This document shows, piece by piece, positions 26,649-37,066 of a stretch of DNA of 64,000 nucleotides; position 1 is the stretch's first letter, and each line of letters begins with the position of its first letter. Under the pieces are notes generated by a model. That model was not told the DNA's origin. It saw nothing but the letters and a program-made list of their open reading frames with translations, and made no database searches. The stretch is from a virus (Duplodnaviria > Caudoviricetes): the IMG/VR virus record IMGVR_UViG_3300006752_000009. One strand, given 5' to 3'. A program made the translations under genes and the position numbers.

Positions 26649-29600
26649 TTATTCTCCGAGCAAAAGCTGGTTGCGTGTTCTATAAACACAAGCGGCAACA
26701 TAGTTGTCAGATAAGGTTTCTCTCATGTCCACAGCGACACCTTGACCCCATTCGTTAGTTTTGACGAACACTACTAAAACAACCTCACCTTTTCGATAGA
26801 GGTCATGGTTGGCATCTACTACACGCATGAGGCATGGGAGGGCAGTTTTGTAGTTGCTGTGTATTCCACCCATATTCTTTGCGAAGGCAGAGGGGAAATA
26901 ACTAGAGTCCTCCATCGTAGGGTAGTAAGCTCTGCTCTCATCGTCTTTTCTTGGAACTTGACCTACATTGGTATCTCCAAGAGTAACATTTACAGAAGAT
27001 ACAAAAGGAACAAACGAAGGTAGACTGATTGAACCTGTATTGATCTTAAGATCGTCTAAGATCACTTCGGGTGAACCTAGAGTTTTATACTCTTCATAGT
27101 TAGAAGCATTTGTGTGAGTGGCGAGTTGATCAGTAGGGTTGAAGAACGGATAATGTTCGCCTGTTTTTAAGTATGCCCCTATTTCCTTACCTATAACGAG
27201 GGGTTGGAGGTTCAACTCGTCTGGTATCACTCCACCTGCATTAACTCCAACATCGGGAACGGTAATGGCAAAGTCTGAACCCACAGTTTTGGGTGCGTGT
27301 CTACGATAATAAACGAAGATCGTGCTATCGGTTGGTGCATCGGGATAAGGTTCAAGAGGATAAGCTGTGATTTCTATCAATCTCTGCCCTGTGTTCCAAG
27401 CAGGACCAGAGTTAGACCAACCAATCTTTGACTCAGCGTGTTGATAATTAGTGCTAGTATTATCAAGAGTAAGGGTTGTACCTATACCACTTTCATCTGT
27501 AATAGTAGGTGCAAGGCTAGAGTTGTAATAGAGTCTCCAAGGTAAATAAGTGCTTGTGGGGCTACCCGATACAAGTTGTATCGTTTGCTGTGCGTACACA
27601 TACTCTAGCGACACTTCTTTGGTGTTAGGTATGACATTTGAGATAGGAGGTGCGTTTCCATTCCCTTGACCTGGATATGGGTCGTAAGCGTTCGTGGGGG
27701 GCAACTCTGTGAGTACAGCCGATCCTGTAGGGTATCCCGATGAGTCGGGCATAGGAGCTTCAGCTACAGTTCCACTAAGACCACGATCAATAGATGGGTA
27801 GTCAAAGATCAGCTCGATAAAGATTTCCCTGTTACTTGCTGTGGACTCTGCGTTAGCATCTCCTACGAGTTTGTAATCAGCAACACCAGCTTGCATACCA
27901 CTATTGGCAGTGATCGGGTTTGCATCTAAAGTGATCACGACTTGGTTTGAACCTAAACCTGTGATGTTTTGAATACGAACTTGTTGCTCAATAGCGTTAA
28001 CAAAATGTCCATCATTGTGCCAGCAATACCCGATGTCAATGAGCTTCGGTAGTATCGTGTTATTGTCAGCAGGTAAGGGGTCATTATTGTTCTGAACCCA
28101 ACCTAGATGCCCCGATATATCAAGAGTAGTCAGATCAATGGTGATCTGATCTCCCTCATACCAAAAGTTTCCAGTACCCCCTACATGAGCAACAGATATA
28201 CCTGTTGATGGTTGAGGGTTAGTGTTTGCAGGTTTGGCGATGATGTAAATTCGTTCTGTAGTAGGTTCGTTTGACCATCTACGAGCGATGTGGTCAAAGT
28301 TCTGTCTCCATTGACCTAAGTTTGGAGCTATGTTTGCGTCATTCCTACCATACGCATCACACACAAGTGGTGTATGACTGATACCACTCGAACCATCTCC
28401 TGTGGCTTGTAAGTTATGTGCCTTAGCATACCAAGTCTTATTCGTGTCATCTAACAGCGAGTGGTACTGATAGTCTAGCTCTGCCGAGAAATCAATTCCT
28501 CTAGGGTACACCCTTCGCCTTAAATCAAGGACATCGTATTCCGAGATTTGATCTGCGAATAGTCCATCGGGTCGATCAGAACTTCCTACAGTGACATTAC
28601 CCACATAGTCGTTATCTGCCAAAGTACCGTCATGGTCATGTAATGCACCTGTATTAAAAGCACCTAGAGTATTGAACCCATCAGCACCTAGATTGTCTGC
28701 TGTCCATCTACGAAAGACATAACAGATAGGGATAGCGTAGACATACCCATCAACAGTTCCGAGAGCAGTAGCGTCAGCCGAAGAACCTGTTCCTGCATAC
28801 CATAGACCAGTATCGGTAGGGTGTTTAATAAAGTTGTATCCTCCGACAGTCCCACCTTGTGAGCCTTGAGCTTCAACATTGACATTCTCAAATCCAAAGA
28901 TATGTTGAGACAAGTCAGTTGAAAAAGTGTCCATTCTAAGTCGGTATTGAACTTGGACTCTACGGGTAGAGGACACTGCTACATTTGGATCTTGGATTTT
29001 ATCATCAAGGTATGTCGAGGAGTCTGAGAGTACATTCCCTGCAAAGTAAACTTTATTTGCGTTGGGTTTACCCTCGCCATTAGACCCACCTGCTGGCTGA
29101 TTAAGAACCCTCATACCAGCATTATTTGAGCTTATAAGAGTGAAACTATCTGCTGTGCCATCATGGTTTCCATCTATTCCTCCATTATGGTTGAGGAATA
29201 GGTATTCTGTACCTCTAGTTTCAGCGAATGTGGTGACACCATCAACAGTCAGTCCAAGATTAGCACCGTCATAATCATTGATGGCTTGAGCTAGGTTGCG
29301 AGCTGTTTCGGCAGGGGTAGCACCAACTTGAAACTCATTTACCCCAATAACACCATTAGGGTCATCAAATGCAGTTAAGATTTTGGTATCTTGGTTTTGC
29401 CCATTTAGAGGTGGTGGGTTGGATTGCCCATTTATTTGAAATTTGAATGTATCATTATGGAGAGGTGCGATGACCTTGATCCTAGACTTAGATTGCATAG
29501 CAGGAGTGACTTCTCTCCTCCATACTTCAAGGAATACAAATTCGCCTCTGTTTCCAGCACCAGCACCAGGTATGGGTCCAGGTAAAGTGATCTTGTTCGT

Positions 29601-29930
29601 ACCATCAGTAGCATCGGTATTGCGAACATCAATGACCATTCCATTAACCATAGCTTTGAATGGGTTAATGACGAAGCTGTTTGCTGTAAAGTCAGCGTTT
29701 AAGACTCCACCGACATAAGGATCTTCAAAAGAGAATGATCCTATAGTGTCATCTTGTCCTTGATAAGAAATCATGCCACTAGGGAGCGTGTTCTTCTTAT
29801 TGAGGATGTCTTGGGTAAGGTTGAGTTCACTATCAAGCATAGGTCTACCTGCTTGATATACGACACTATCCCACGCATAGTTTGTAGGGTCGAGATCCCG
29901 ACTTGTAGAGGGAAGGTATTTTTTAGACAT
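26649..29930 (-). CDS. Virion structural protein (baseplate/tail-fibre hub type)
   Basis: 1093 aa; VVYQAGRPMLDSELNL, RVQVQYR, AIPICYVFRR, RPDGLFAD. Confidence 0.7.
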   Translation of the reverse strand: MSKKYLPSTSRDLDPTNYAWDSVVYQAGRPMLDSELNLTQDILNKKNTLPSGMISYQGQDDTIGSFSFEDPYVGGVLNADFTANSFVINPFKAMVNGMVIDVRNTDATDGTNKITLPGPIPGAGAGNRGEFVFLEVWRREVTPAMQSKSRIKVIAPLHNDTFKFQINGQSNPPPLNGQNQDTKILTAFDDPNGVIGVNEFQVGATPAETARNLAQAINDYDGANLGLTVDGVTTFAETRGTEYLFLNHNGGIDGNHDGTADSFTLISSNNAGMRVLNQPAGGSNGEGKPNANKVYFAGNVLSDSSTYLDDKIQDPNVAVSSTRRVQVQYRLRMDTFSTDLSQHIFGFENVNVEAQGSQGGTVGGYNFIKHPTDTGLWYAGTGSSADATALGTVDGYVYAIPICYVFRRWTADNLGADGFNTLGAFNTGALHDHDGTLADNDYVGNVTVGSSDRPDGLFADQISEYDVLDLRRRVYPRGIDFSAELDYQYHSLLDDTNKTWYAKAHNLQATGDGSSGISHTPLVCDAYGRNDANIAPNLGQWRQNFDHIARRWSNEPTTERIYIIAKPANTNPQPSTGISVAHVGGTGNFWYEGDQITIDLTTLDISGHLGWVQNNNDPLPADNNTILPKLIDIGYCWHNDGHFVNAIEQQVRIQNITGLGSNQVVITLDANPITANSGMQAGVADYKLVGDANAESTASNREIFIELIFDYPSIDRGLSGTVAEAPMPDSSGYPTGSAVLTELPPTNAYDPYPGQGNGNAPPISNVIPNTKEVSLEYVYAQQTIQLVSGSPTSTYLPWRLYYNSSLAPTITDESGIGTTLTLDNTSTNYQHAESKIGWSNSGPAWNTGQRLIEITAYPLEPYPDAPTDSTIFVYYRRHAPKTVGSDFAITVPDVGVNAGGVIPDELNLQPLVIGKEIGAYLKTGEHYPFFNPTDQLATHTNASNYEEYKTLGSPEVILDDLKINTGSISLPSFVPFVSSVNVTLGDTNVGQVPRKDDESRAYYPTMEDSSYFPSAFAKNMGGIHSNYKTALPCLMRVVDANHDLYRKGEVVLVVFVKTNEWGQGVAVDMRETLSDNYVAACVYRTRNQLLLGE

Positions 29931-29942
29931 ATTCCACTCCCC

Positions 29943-30584
29943 TTAAAAAGTCAATCGCCAAGTGATTGCTAAGATTGCACCACTTGGTTTATTGATCACA
30001 GGGAATGTGAGGTAGTTTACGAGGATGTCGCTATTTGTAATGTTAATGTTCAGATCACGATCTGGAAATACTTCAGCGATTTGACTAAACTCATTAGCCC
30101 CTCCCGACACACCCGAAACGGTACACATCAGACCCATCTCTGTTAACGCACCCACAGCGTCTGCCGACTCAAATGTGGTTGTAAAGTCAACGATGTTTGT
30201 AGGTACAGCACTCAAATCACCATTTGGTTTGCGATATACACGACTCGTAAATATCTTTCTAAACAGAGGTGTGTTGAGATTGCGTTGTCTGTAATCTGCA
30301 ATGTCGGGGCTTGCAGATGAACCCGAAGCACCTGTACCAACAGCGAGCATATCAATACCACGAGCGAACCCTGCTCCTAAGTTCTTGGAGAACAAGACAG
30401 CCGCTAAGATACCACCATCGAGGGTATAGACATTCGATTTGTCTAAGACTATTTCTTCTCGTCCATCCTCATATTGGAGGACACCAAAGACATCACCTTT
30501 GACCCTAACTCCGAGCGTTTCCTCAAAGCCAAACCCAAAGTTAACAGCAGTTGTTTTAGGGGGTGGGATTTTTGTAGAGATCAT
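29943..30584 (-). CDS. Baseplate/tail-fibre attachment-type protein, paralogue of 30665..31381
   Basis: Start moved to ATG 30584 (GGAGG); AVGTG, FTTTFES..ALTEMGL, AITWRLTF. Confidence 0.6.
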   Translation of the reverse strand: MISTKIPPPKTTAVNFGFGFEETLGVRVKGDVFGVLQYEDGREEIVLDKSNVYTLDGGILAAVLFSKNLGAGFARGIDMLAVGTGASGSSASPDIADYRQRNLNTPLFRKIFTSRVYRKPNGDLSAVPTNIVDFTTTFESADAVGALTEMGLMCTVSGVSGGANEFSQIAEVFPDRDLNINITNSDILVNYLTFPVINKPSGAILAITWRLTF

Positions 30585-30589
30585 ATTTT

Positions 30590-30623
30590 CCTCCATTTGA
30601 AGATATGGGGCTGACAATGGAGG
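30590..30623 (-). promoter_or_regulatory. RBS-occluding hairpin
   Basis: CCUCCAUU / AAUGGAGG, a perfect 8-bp stem containing the GGAGG SD. Confidence 0.65.
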
Positions 30624-30626
30624 GTT

Positions 30627-30641
30627 ATTTAAGACTTACAA
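30627..30641 (-). promoter_or_regulatory. Class-2 promoter variant TTGTAAGTCTTAAAT
   Basis: TA-N5-TAAAT variant, 3 nt before the hairpin 5' arm. Confidence 0.4.
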
Positions 30642-30664
30642 ATCTCCCACCCTCCTACCTTAAT

Positions 30665-31381
30665 TTACGCACCGAAAGTTAAGGTGTAGCTGATGTCTAG
30701 TGTACCATCATCAGTCTTTGTGATCGTGTTACCGAGAACTTTTCTTGCGAACAACCTCATGTTAGTAGTTTCTGTAGGCACTTCTGCTGATACGAAGCCC
30801 TCAATGTCAACATTGTCTCCTACTGTCCAGAGAGCGATTTCTGAAATACCTTGAGCTATATTTCCTTGGGCTGTTCCAAAAGTGGTGGTGAACCTAATGG
30901 ATTTAGCAGAGGGGAAAGTAACAGAGTCTATAATCCGACTTCTGACTGCGGCATCGGTATGATCGTGGTTTGTGTCTACCATATCAACTTGTTTTGCAGG
31001 TTGTGCTACATCAGCATTAGCGTTAGCGTGTGGGTTATTGAGTGAGTCAGCACCGTTGTTATTTCCCACACAGATATAACCGATTTGGTTTATGTTTGAG
31101 GTCTCTTGAGTATGAAGTAAACCATTACCAATCCCAGTAGGGCCGATGTATAGACCACCAGTAGGATGAGTGGCATTATTAGTTATCGGTGCAGTAACAG
31201 GTCTTACAGCGGCGGCAATTCCATTACCAGCAGTTCCAAGTCTGGGGTAGATAGCGTCCATAACGATGTTATTCGACATCTCTACGACAGTGTTTTCACC
31301 TTTTTCATAGGCGATAACATTCCCATCAAGGTCTCTGAGTGTTGCTTCTACGAAGCCTTTGATTACGAGTGTACTTTTCAT
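30665..31381 (-). CDS. Baseplate/tail-fibre attachment-type protein
   Basis: KGFVEATL..ENTVV, FTTTFG..ISEIALW, LDISYTLTF. Confidence 0.6.
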   Translation of the reverse strand: MKSTLVIKGFVEATLRDLDGNVIAYEKGENTVVEMSNNIVMDAIYPRLGTAGNGIAAAVRPVTAPITNNATHPTGGLYIGPTGIGNGLLHTQETSNINQIGYICVGNNNGADSLNNPHANANADVAQPAKQVDMVDTNHDHTDAAVRSRIIDSVTFPSAKSIRFTTTFGTAQGNIAQGISEIALWTVGDNVDIEGFVSAEVPTETTNMRLFARKVLGNTITKTDDGTLDISYTLTFGA

Positions 31382-31426
31382 GGTTGATTCCTTCAGTTAA
31401 GGGTTGTTTGCATTATACTGACCATA

Positions 31427-31441
31427 ATAAATAAAGTATTA
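31427..31441 (-). promoter_or_regulatory. Class-2 promoter motif TAATACTTTATTTAT
   Basis: 45 nt upstream of ATG 31381. Confidence 0.6.
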
Positions 31442-34400
31442 AGGTCTTGAAGCTGGATCATGTTCCCATGCTACAAATCCATCATCTCTAATGTAGAAAT
31501 AATGCCTATATGTAACAGTTCCAGTATTTACATCCTTTTGGAACAGGTTTGTGTATGTGAGTGTGTCAGAAGAGTTATATACAGTGTTGTAAGAAGCTCC
31601 AGTATCAATGACTGGATTAGCTCTGATGAACAATCCCACATCTACACCTGGGTGGTCTGCTGATACTGCGATCATTTTATACCTCTTCGCTCTGAGAAGT
31701 GAATAAGACAAAGGGGCTATATTGTCTGGGTTTGAGTAAGTTCTATATCCATATGTGGACAGGAAAGTACCATTGACTACTTGGTTGTTAAATGCATTTA
31801 TCCCATTAACAGGGGTTGTGTGTACAGTAGGCTCAATGAAGTTTGTCTCATTATTGAGGTTAGAGCTTGAAGCTACCTCTGTGTTGTCTGCTTCACATAT
31901 TCGTATTGACCAAAACTCATTATTAGCGTTTGCGTTCACAATCATGTAAAAGTAAACAGTAGTAAAATCGTTCCCATAATTTACAGAAGGTTCTGATACA
32001 TAAGACTGATCTTCTGTAAACAAGAGGTCTTGTTCCACAGACCTTAGTCTGAATGTGTGGTACTTGAAATAGCGATCATCAGCGTTCAGTGTACCTGTAC
32101 CAGTCGGTGAGTTTCCTAAATCTGTATAAGTTTCCCCACTCAAGTAGTTGACTGGATCTGTGTTCGCTCTACCCCTTTTCATTGCTAACGGGCAGATCTC
32201 TGCCACATCAGAAATAGCAGTGGCTTGGAAGAAGATCGTGTAATCTTTATCCTCATCAAGAGGTCCTATTCTCATCGTAGTTGTATCGTCTGCGTTATCA
32301 TACTCCACCCAAGCGTTCAGTGAAGGAATTGAGTAAGGATTTACAGGACTGACTACCTGTCTTGACCTCCCTAAAGTAGTCTCTTGAGTCCAAGTATAAG
32401 TATTTTGTCCTGCGTCTACATAGTTTACATAACTATTTACATAAACGAGGCTGTCCATATATGTCCCAGCTTCATATATGTGCAACTCGAACCCAAACCA
32501 TCCATTTGGGTATTTAAGTGCCATATAAACATAATCCCCTGCAATCACATTGTAAACAACATCGACATCATCAACCACAGTAATTGGGTTTTCTGAATTG
32601 CTCTGGTTTGTTGAAGAGATAAAGGCAATAGCATCTGCATTAAAAGTGAAGGTATCTTCTAAGGGGATGCCAATACCTAAGAGACAAGAATCAGTGGTTG
32701 TTGAAACTGTATCACCAGTAAATAACCTTAAGAATGATTCAATGTTACCATCCAGAACTTGGGGTGTTGTATCGTCTACATAAAGAGCTAGACTCGTGGC
32801 GATAAGATCACCAAGGGCTGGTATATCTCCCTTCATATCAAGAGACATATATCTTGGAACAATCAGTGAGTCGAGGATCTCTTCGGTCACATCCTCGATT
32901 GTGATTGATCTGCTTAGGCTAATACTATCTTGCAACGCACTAAAAGTGTCTTGGGCATTGAATGATGAAATATGAGAAGTTAAAGCGTCTTCTATGGGGT
33001 CAACGACATCATTAAAGTTGATGCTAGAGATATAAGAGATAACAGAGTCCTCACTAGCAAGAACATCATCATTCAAGAACACTGGTACAAATCCTTGTTG
33101 TGTACTTACCTCATCTGTGATGTCTGGTATCAAACTGCTTGTTGATCTAGGCAAGAACAGGTAACTGGCTAAGAACCCATCTTCATCTGAGATCTGCCTA
33201 AACTCACTAGACACACCAATGCCAGATATGTAAGTGGATACTTCGTCTGTAATCAGAGAGATTGTTGAAGAAGGAACTACCCTCATGAATACAGGAGCAT
33301 TTACTTCATCTTGAATCTCTGGGTAAATGTCCGAAACATTCCCATCGCTAAGTATATAGCTGTACTCAACAATTTCTTCTATTTGAGGGAAATCAGATTG
33401 TTCGAGGACGGCAATATAATTTAACGCCCAAAGCACACTGTCTTCAATGTCTGGGATACTTTGATTGATGTGTGATGGTGTAAGCAATAAGGTTGTTGTG
33501 AGAGCATCTGTGGGTAGATTAAATGAATCTGATAGATGTGTCCCAGGTATGATGATTTTATTTGCTTCAAGTTCTGCTATGATCGAGGGGAATCTGTCAT
33601 CTACGCTTGTAAAGAAGAAACCAGTCGTTTCAAAAGACCCTTTCCACCCTAGATTTATTGAGGGTGGAGTTGCATAGTTATCGTTAGCCGAGTACCCAAT
33701 GTTTTGGGAGTTATCTTCGATTAGATTAGTCGTTCTCCGATTGCTCCTCGTCAAAGATTCAAAAGATCTGATTTCACCTGGATTGAGTGTGAATGTAATC
33801 TCATAGGTATAGGTCACATTATTGACGGGAACCACAGCAGTGGATTGGTCTAGTCTGTACGCATGGGGAGATGTAGTCCAAGATGACTCAAGATCAAAGT
33901 TTGCATCAGTACCGCTTGTGAGGAAGTAAAGGTAATCAGCCCCATTATCTTCTTCCATGAAAACTTCAAGGAAGTATGTTTCATTAGCGAGGTGGTTAAA
34001 TGATGCGTTGATTTCTGCTAGGAAGTTTGGTGCTGGGGCATTGTCATAATCTATAGTGTTTGGTGAACCAAGACTGTCATCCCTAAACCTATAGGCGAGT
34101 GGTGATCCATTAGGTACAGGGTTGGGGTATTGTTCGAGGGCTGTAAACCCATTAGAGTCAGCTCTCAGTGATAGAGTTTGGTATTGTCTGTTTCCTTGAG
34201 CGTCTATCCTATATAGACTGAAATAGAATCCATCTCCACCCGAAGTATTTAGGTTGCTGTACCCGAAGAAGAAATGAGTGGGGATGTTGATTGGTCCTAA
34301 TATGTAAAGTGATGGGTCTGGATATAACCATTCATCTTGTGGTACATGGGGGTTGTAGTCGTTTGTAAACCCATCTCGTCCGTCTAGGTCGTAGCCTGTA

Positions 34401-37066
34401 ATGACATCCTCATAAAAAGTCAGCTCTCCTTCAACACCCGAAGTTTGAGTGTCCTCCATTGAATAGATAGATCGGATTTGATCTGGTGCTAGACCTAGAG
34501 GGTTGGTCATGTATTCTTCGGGAGTGGACTCGGTGAACGCACCTAAATCAACATTTACCTCTCCATTTACCTCATTGATTGTTGAGGTATGTTTAAAGAA
34601 CGCTTGCCCCTCTGCTAACTTTTCACCCTTGTACCAATCGAGATTCGAGTCAAAAGGGTTGGAAGAAATACCAGATAGTGTTAGTGTCTTTTCTTCGGTA
34701 AGCCCATTAATAAGTACATGATCTTTATTGAGTTGGTATGTGTAGCTGACTCCATCACTATCTATGACAGATGTGATATATGAAGGTCGGAAGCCTAACT
34801 GATAGAAAGAAATGTTAGGGTTGGCTGTATTGACTGTGCTAGAAGCAGGCTTGAATACCTGTTCTTGAGTAGCTGTTTGATTGAGTGAGAAGTTATTGAG
34901 TGTGTATGTGGTATTGAGCGTTTGATTGCTTGTATTGAGGAGGTCAGAACTACCTGCTGAATAGGTGGCAATCTTTTGCTCTTGCGTATAGGGAGTGATT
35001 GGTTGTGGTTCATTCAAGACATAAGAAATCGGGGATGTTGTCTCAATGATTCTGTTTTGCCTATCACCACCCCGACCAGACATAGAGACTTTACGAGTTG
35101 GTCTAGTAGCGTTGAGTGTCATTTCAATGCTATTTAGCTCTCTAAAGCGTCTGATCTCTGACTTGGCTTTAGGGTATGTAAGAGTGATCCTGTCATCAGC
35201 TTGAGCAAGAGGAATATAGCTTGGGTTTGCTTCGTGTGAAGTGTCGTATATCCTCAACACATGAAGATGAGGGTTTGTTATATTGGCATCTTCGGAGGTG
35301 TTCGTGTGTTCTAAAGATAGGGTGTGATAACTATAATCTACATCGACACCATTAACCTTAATCGTTAAGTCCTCAATACTAACAGGCAGTCCATCTTTAA
35401 CCTTGAGCATATCTTTAACGATGTATGCAGGTAGATTGATTGCGTAGTTATAAACTAAACCTAGTGCTGGCCACATCGGATCGGGGTTGTTTACAAACTC
35501 TACAGTCTCATAAGCCACTTGATCTCTAGTAGACCATACAGACGAGTCATTCTTCACAACCTGTAGACCAGTAGAGGTGATCTGAGCGTCAACTTCTACT
35601 TCAATATGGCTTAGTTTGATTGTGTGTCCACCTAATGATGTTTGTATGTTCCCTAACTCAGCGTCATCATTATCAGACATTAGATCACAGAAATAAACAG
35701 AGCCATTAAAGTCGATAGGCTCTCCGTCATTTAAGACTTCTGATCTTGTTAGTTCACCTCTGAAAAAAGGCGGCCCAATGTTCTCTGGTAGAAATGTGCC
35801 ATTTATTACCTCAATGTTGCTCGATGTAATTCTTTTATGTTTTTGAGGTCCTTTTTTTAAGTCTCTTATTGTCCTGTAGGTGTATGCTTCACCATTAGAG
35901 TCTACAATAGAGGAATAAATCCCATCTAGTGGGAATATGCGTTCAGAGACAGAGATGACCCTTAGCTTTTGTGTGCCGATGACAAGGGTATCTGCGACCT
36001 TAATGTTGGTTCTCCAAAAGCGTATGGTCTTACCCTCTACATAACCATAGTTGTTCGGCTCAAAAACACCCTCTCTCGCCTTTCTCATGTCCTCTTGGTA
36101 CAAACTACCTAGTGAGACACCAACGAGTCCATACTGAGCGTTTTGGTTGTAATATGGGAGTGATGGATCAATCTTGTTAGCTTCGATTATCTGCTCATCT
36201 GTCTGAGCAGGGTCGATACCGAGAATAGGACTAAATACATCCCCTTTGCCTTGAGCGAGGATAGGTGTGTCCTCATCAACGATAGAGGCAACTTCCCCTG
36301 TCTTAATGTGAGCAGGCTTGGTGATGTTGAGAACTTTGCGTAAGTTATTCTGTAGTCGAATAATGTTCTCTGGAATACCAAGATAAACTTCGTGAGAGTG
36401 GGAGTTCCCATCGGCATCAATGTACGGTTGAATGACACCATCCACTATGTCGTGCGTATGGAGTTCATCTCCCCATTTGTACTCAATAGGTTTGTTGGTA
36501 GAACCGAGGCCAGACTCGTCAGTGAAAGCAAAGTGTCTGTGTGTCCTAAAAACTCCATCTGTATTGTATTCTGTTGTCGCTAGGATGGAAGATTTGAGGT
36601 TAGCTATATACCCCTCAACGGTGCTGACAACTACAGCGTTTCCTTCTGCGATGTCATTCAACACTTCATCCACAGAGTTCTTGGTAGCCCCTTGTAGTAG
36701 AGCTTCATAAGTCTGTAGAAGAAACGAGATAGTCTCTTCATGTGTATCACCGACAGGTACAGATTCCTCATCGGGGAATACGAGATACAAGAGTCGAGTG
36801 GCTACGAACTCAGCTCGTAGTTGGGTGTATTCTACATCTTCAAGATTATCTAAGGTGTCTACTAATAGCTCTGCGAGGAGTCGTCCTACACCTTCATAAA
36901 TGATCCTATGATTCGGTCCATAACTACGAGTGAAGTAGTTTGAAGCTGTACCGAAAGACATAGAGTCTACGATTTTATTGGTGAGGATGTCTTCTAAGAG
37001 TCGTCTAGGATAGGACTTTGAGTTTAGATTTTCTCTGTTTGTGCGAGGGTCGAAATCATAAACCAT
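31439..37066 (-). CDS. Large baseplate wedge-type structural protein
   Basis: 1875 aa, directly downstream of the baseplate J-like gene; N-terminal ALLQGATKNSV wedge-like region and HxH repeats. Confidence 0.6.
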   Translation of the reverse strand: MVYDFDPRTNRENLNSKSYPRRLLEDILTNKIVDSMSFGTASNYFTRSYGPNHRIIYEGVGRLLAELLVDTLDNLEDVEYTQLRAEFVATRLLYLVFPDEESVPVGDTHEETISFLLQTYEALLQGATKNSVDEVLNDIAEGNAVVVSTVEGYIANLKSSILATTEYNTDGVFRTHRHFAFTDESGLGSTNKPIEYKWGDELHTHDIVDGVIQPYIDADGNSHSHEVYLGIPENIIRLQNNLRKVLNITKPAHIKTGEVASIVDEDTPILAQGKGDVFSPILGIDPAQTDEQIIEANKIDPSLPYYNQNAQYGLVGVSLGSLYQEDMRKAREGVFEPNNYGYVEGKTIRFWRTNIKVADTLVIGTQKLRVISVSERIFPLDGIYSSIVDSNGEAYTYRTIRDLKKGPQKHKRITSSNIEVINGTFLPENIGPPFFRGELTRSEVLNDGEPIDFNGSVYFCDLMSDNDDAELGNIQTSLGGHTIKLSHIEVEVDAQITSTGLQVVKNDSSVWSTRDQVAYETVEFVNNPDPMWPALGLVYNYAINLPAYIVKDMLKVKDGLPVSIEDLTIKVNGVDVDYSYHTLSLEHTNTSEDANITNPHLHVLRIYDTSHEANPSYIPLAQADDRITLTYPKAKSEIRRFRELNSIEMTLNATRPTRKVSMSGRGGDRQNRIIETTSPISYVLNEPQPITPYTQEQKIATYSAGSSDLLNTSNQTLNTTYTLNNFSLNQTATQEQVFKPASSTVNTANPNISFYQLGFRPSYITSVIDSDGVSYTYQLNKDHVLINGLTEEKTLTLSGISSNPFDSNLDWYKGEKLAEGQAFFKHTSTINEVNGEVNVDLGAFTESTPEEYMTNPLGLAPDQIRSIYSMEDTQTSGVEGELTFYEDVITGYDLDGRDGFTNDYNPHVPQDEWLYPDPSLYILGPINIPTHFFFGYSNLNTSGGDGFYFSLYRIDAQGNRQYQTLSLRADSNGFTALEQYPNPVPNGSPLAYRFRDDSLGSPNTIDYDNAPAPNFLAEINASFNHLANETYFLEVFMEEDNGADYLYFLTSGTDANFDLESSWTTSPHAYRLDQSTAVVPVNNVTYTYEITFTLNPGEIRSFESLTRSNRRTTNLIEDNSQNIGYSANDNYATPPSINLGWKGSFETTGFFFTSVDDRFPSIIAELEANKIIIPGTHLSDSFNLPTDALTTTLLLTPSHINQSIPDIEDSVLWALNYIAVLEQSDFPQIEEIVEYSYILSDGNVSDIYPEIQDEVNAPVFMRVVPSSTISLITDEVSTYISGIGVSSEFRQISDEDGFLASYLFLPRSTSSLIPDITDEVSTQQGFVPVFLNDDVLASEDSVISYISSINFNDVVDPIEDALTSHISSFNAQDTFSALQDSISLSRSITIEDVTEEILDSLIVPRYMSLDMKGDIPALGDLIATSLALYVDDTTPQVLDGNIESFLRLFTGDTVSTTTDSCLLGIGIPLEDTFTFNADAIAFISSTNQSNSENPITVVDDVDVVYNVIAGDYVYMALKYPNGWFGFELHIYEAGTYMDSLVYVNSYVNYVDAGQNTYTWTQETTLGRSRQVVSPVNPYSIPSLNAWVEYDNADDTTTMRIGPLDEDKDYTIFFQATAISDVAEICPLAMKRGRANTDPVNYLSGETYTDLGNSPTGTGTLNADDRYFKYHTFRLRSVEQDLLFTEDQSYVSEPSVNYGNDFTTVYFYMIVNANANNEFWSIRICEADNTEVASSSNLNNETNFIEPTVHTTPVNGINAFNNQVVNGTFLSTYGYRTYSNPDNIAPLSYSLLRAKRYKMIAVSADHPGVDVGLFIRANPVIDTGASYNTVYNSSDTLTYTNLFQKDVNTGTVTYRHYFYIRDDGFVAWEHDPASRP

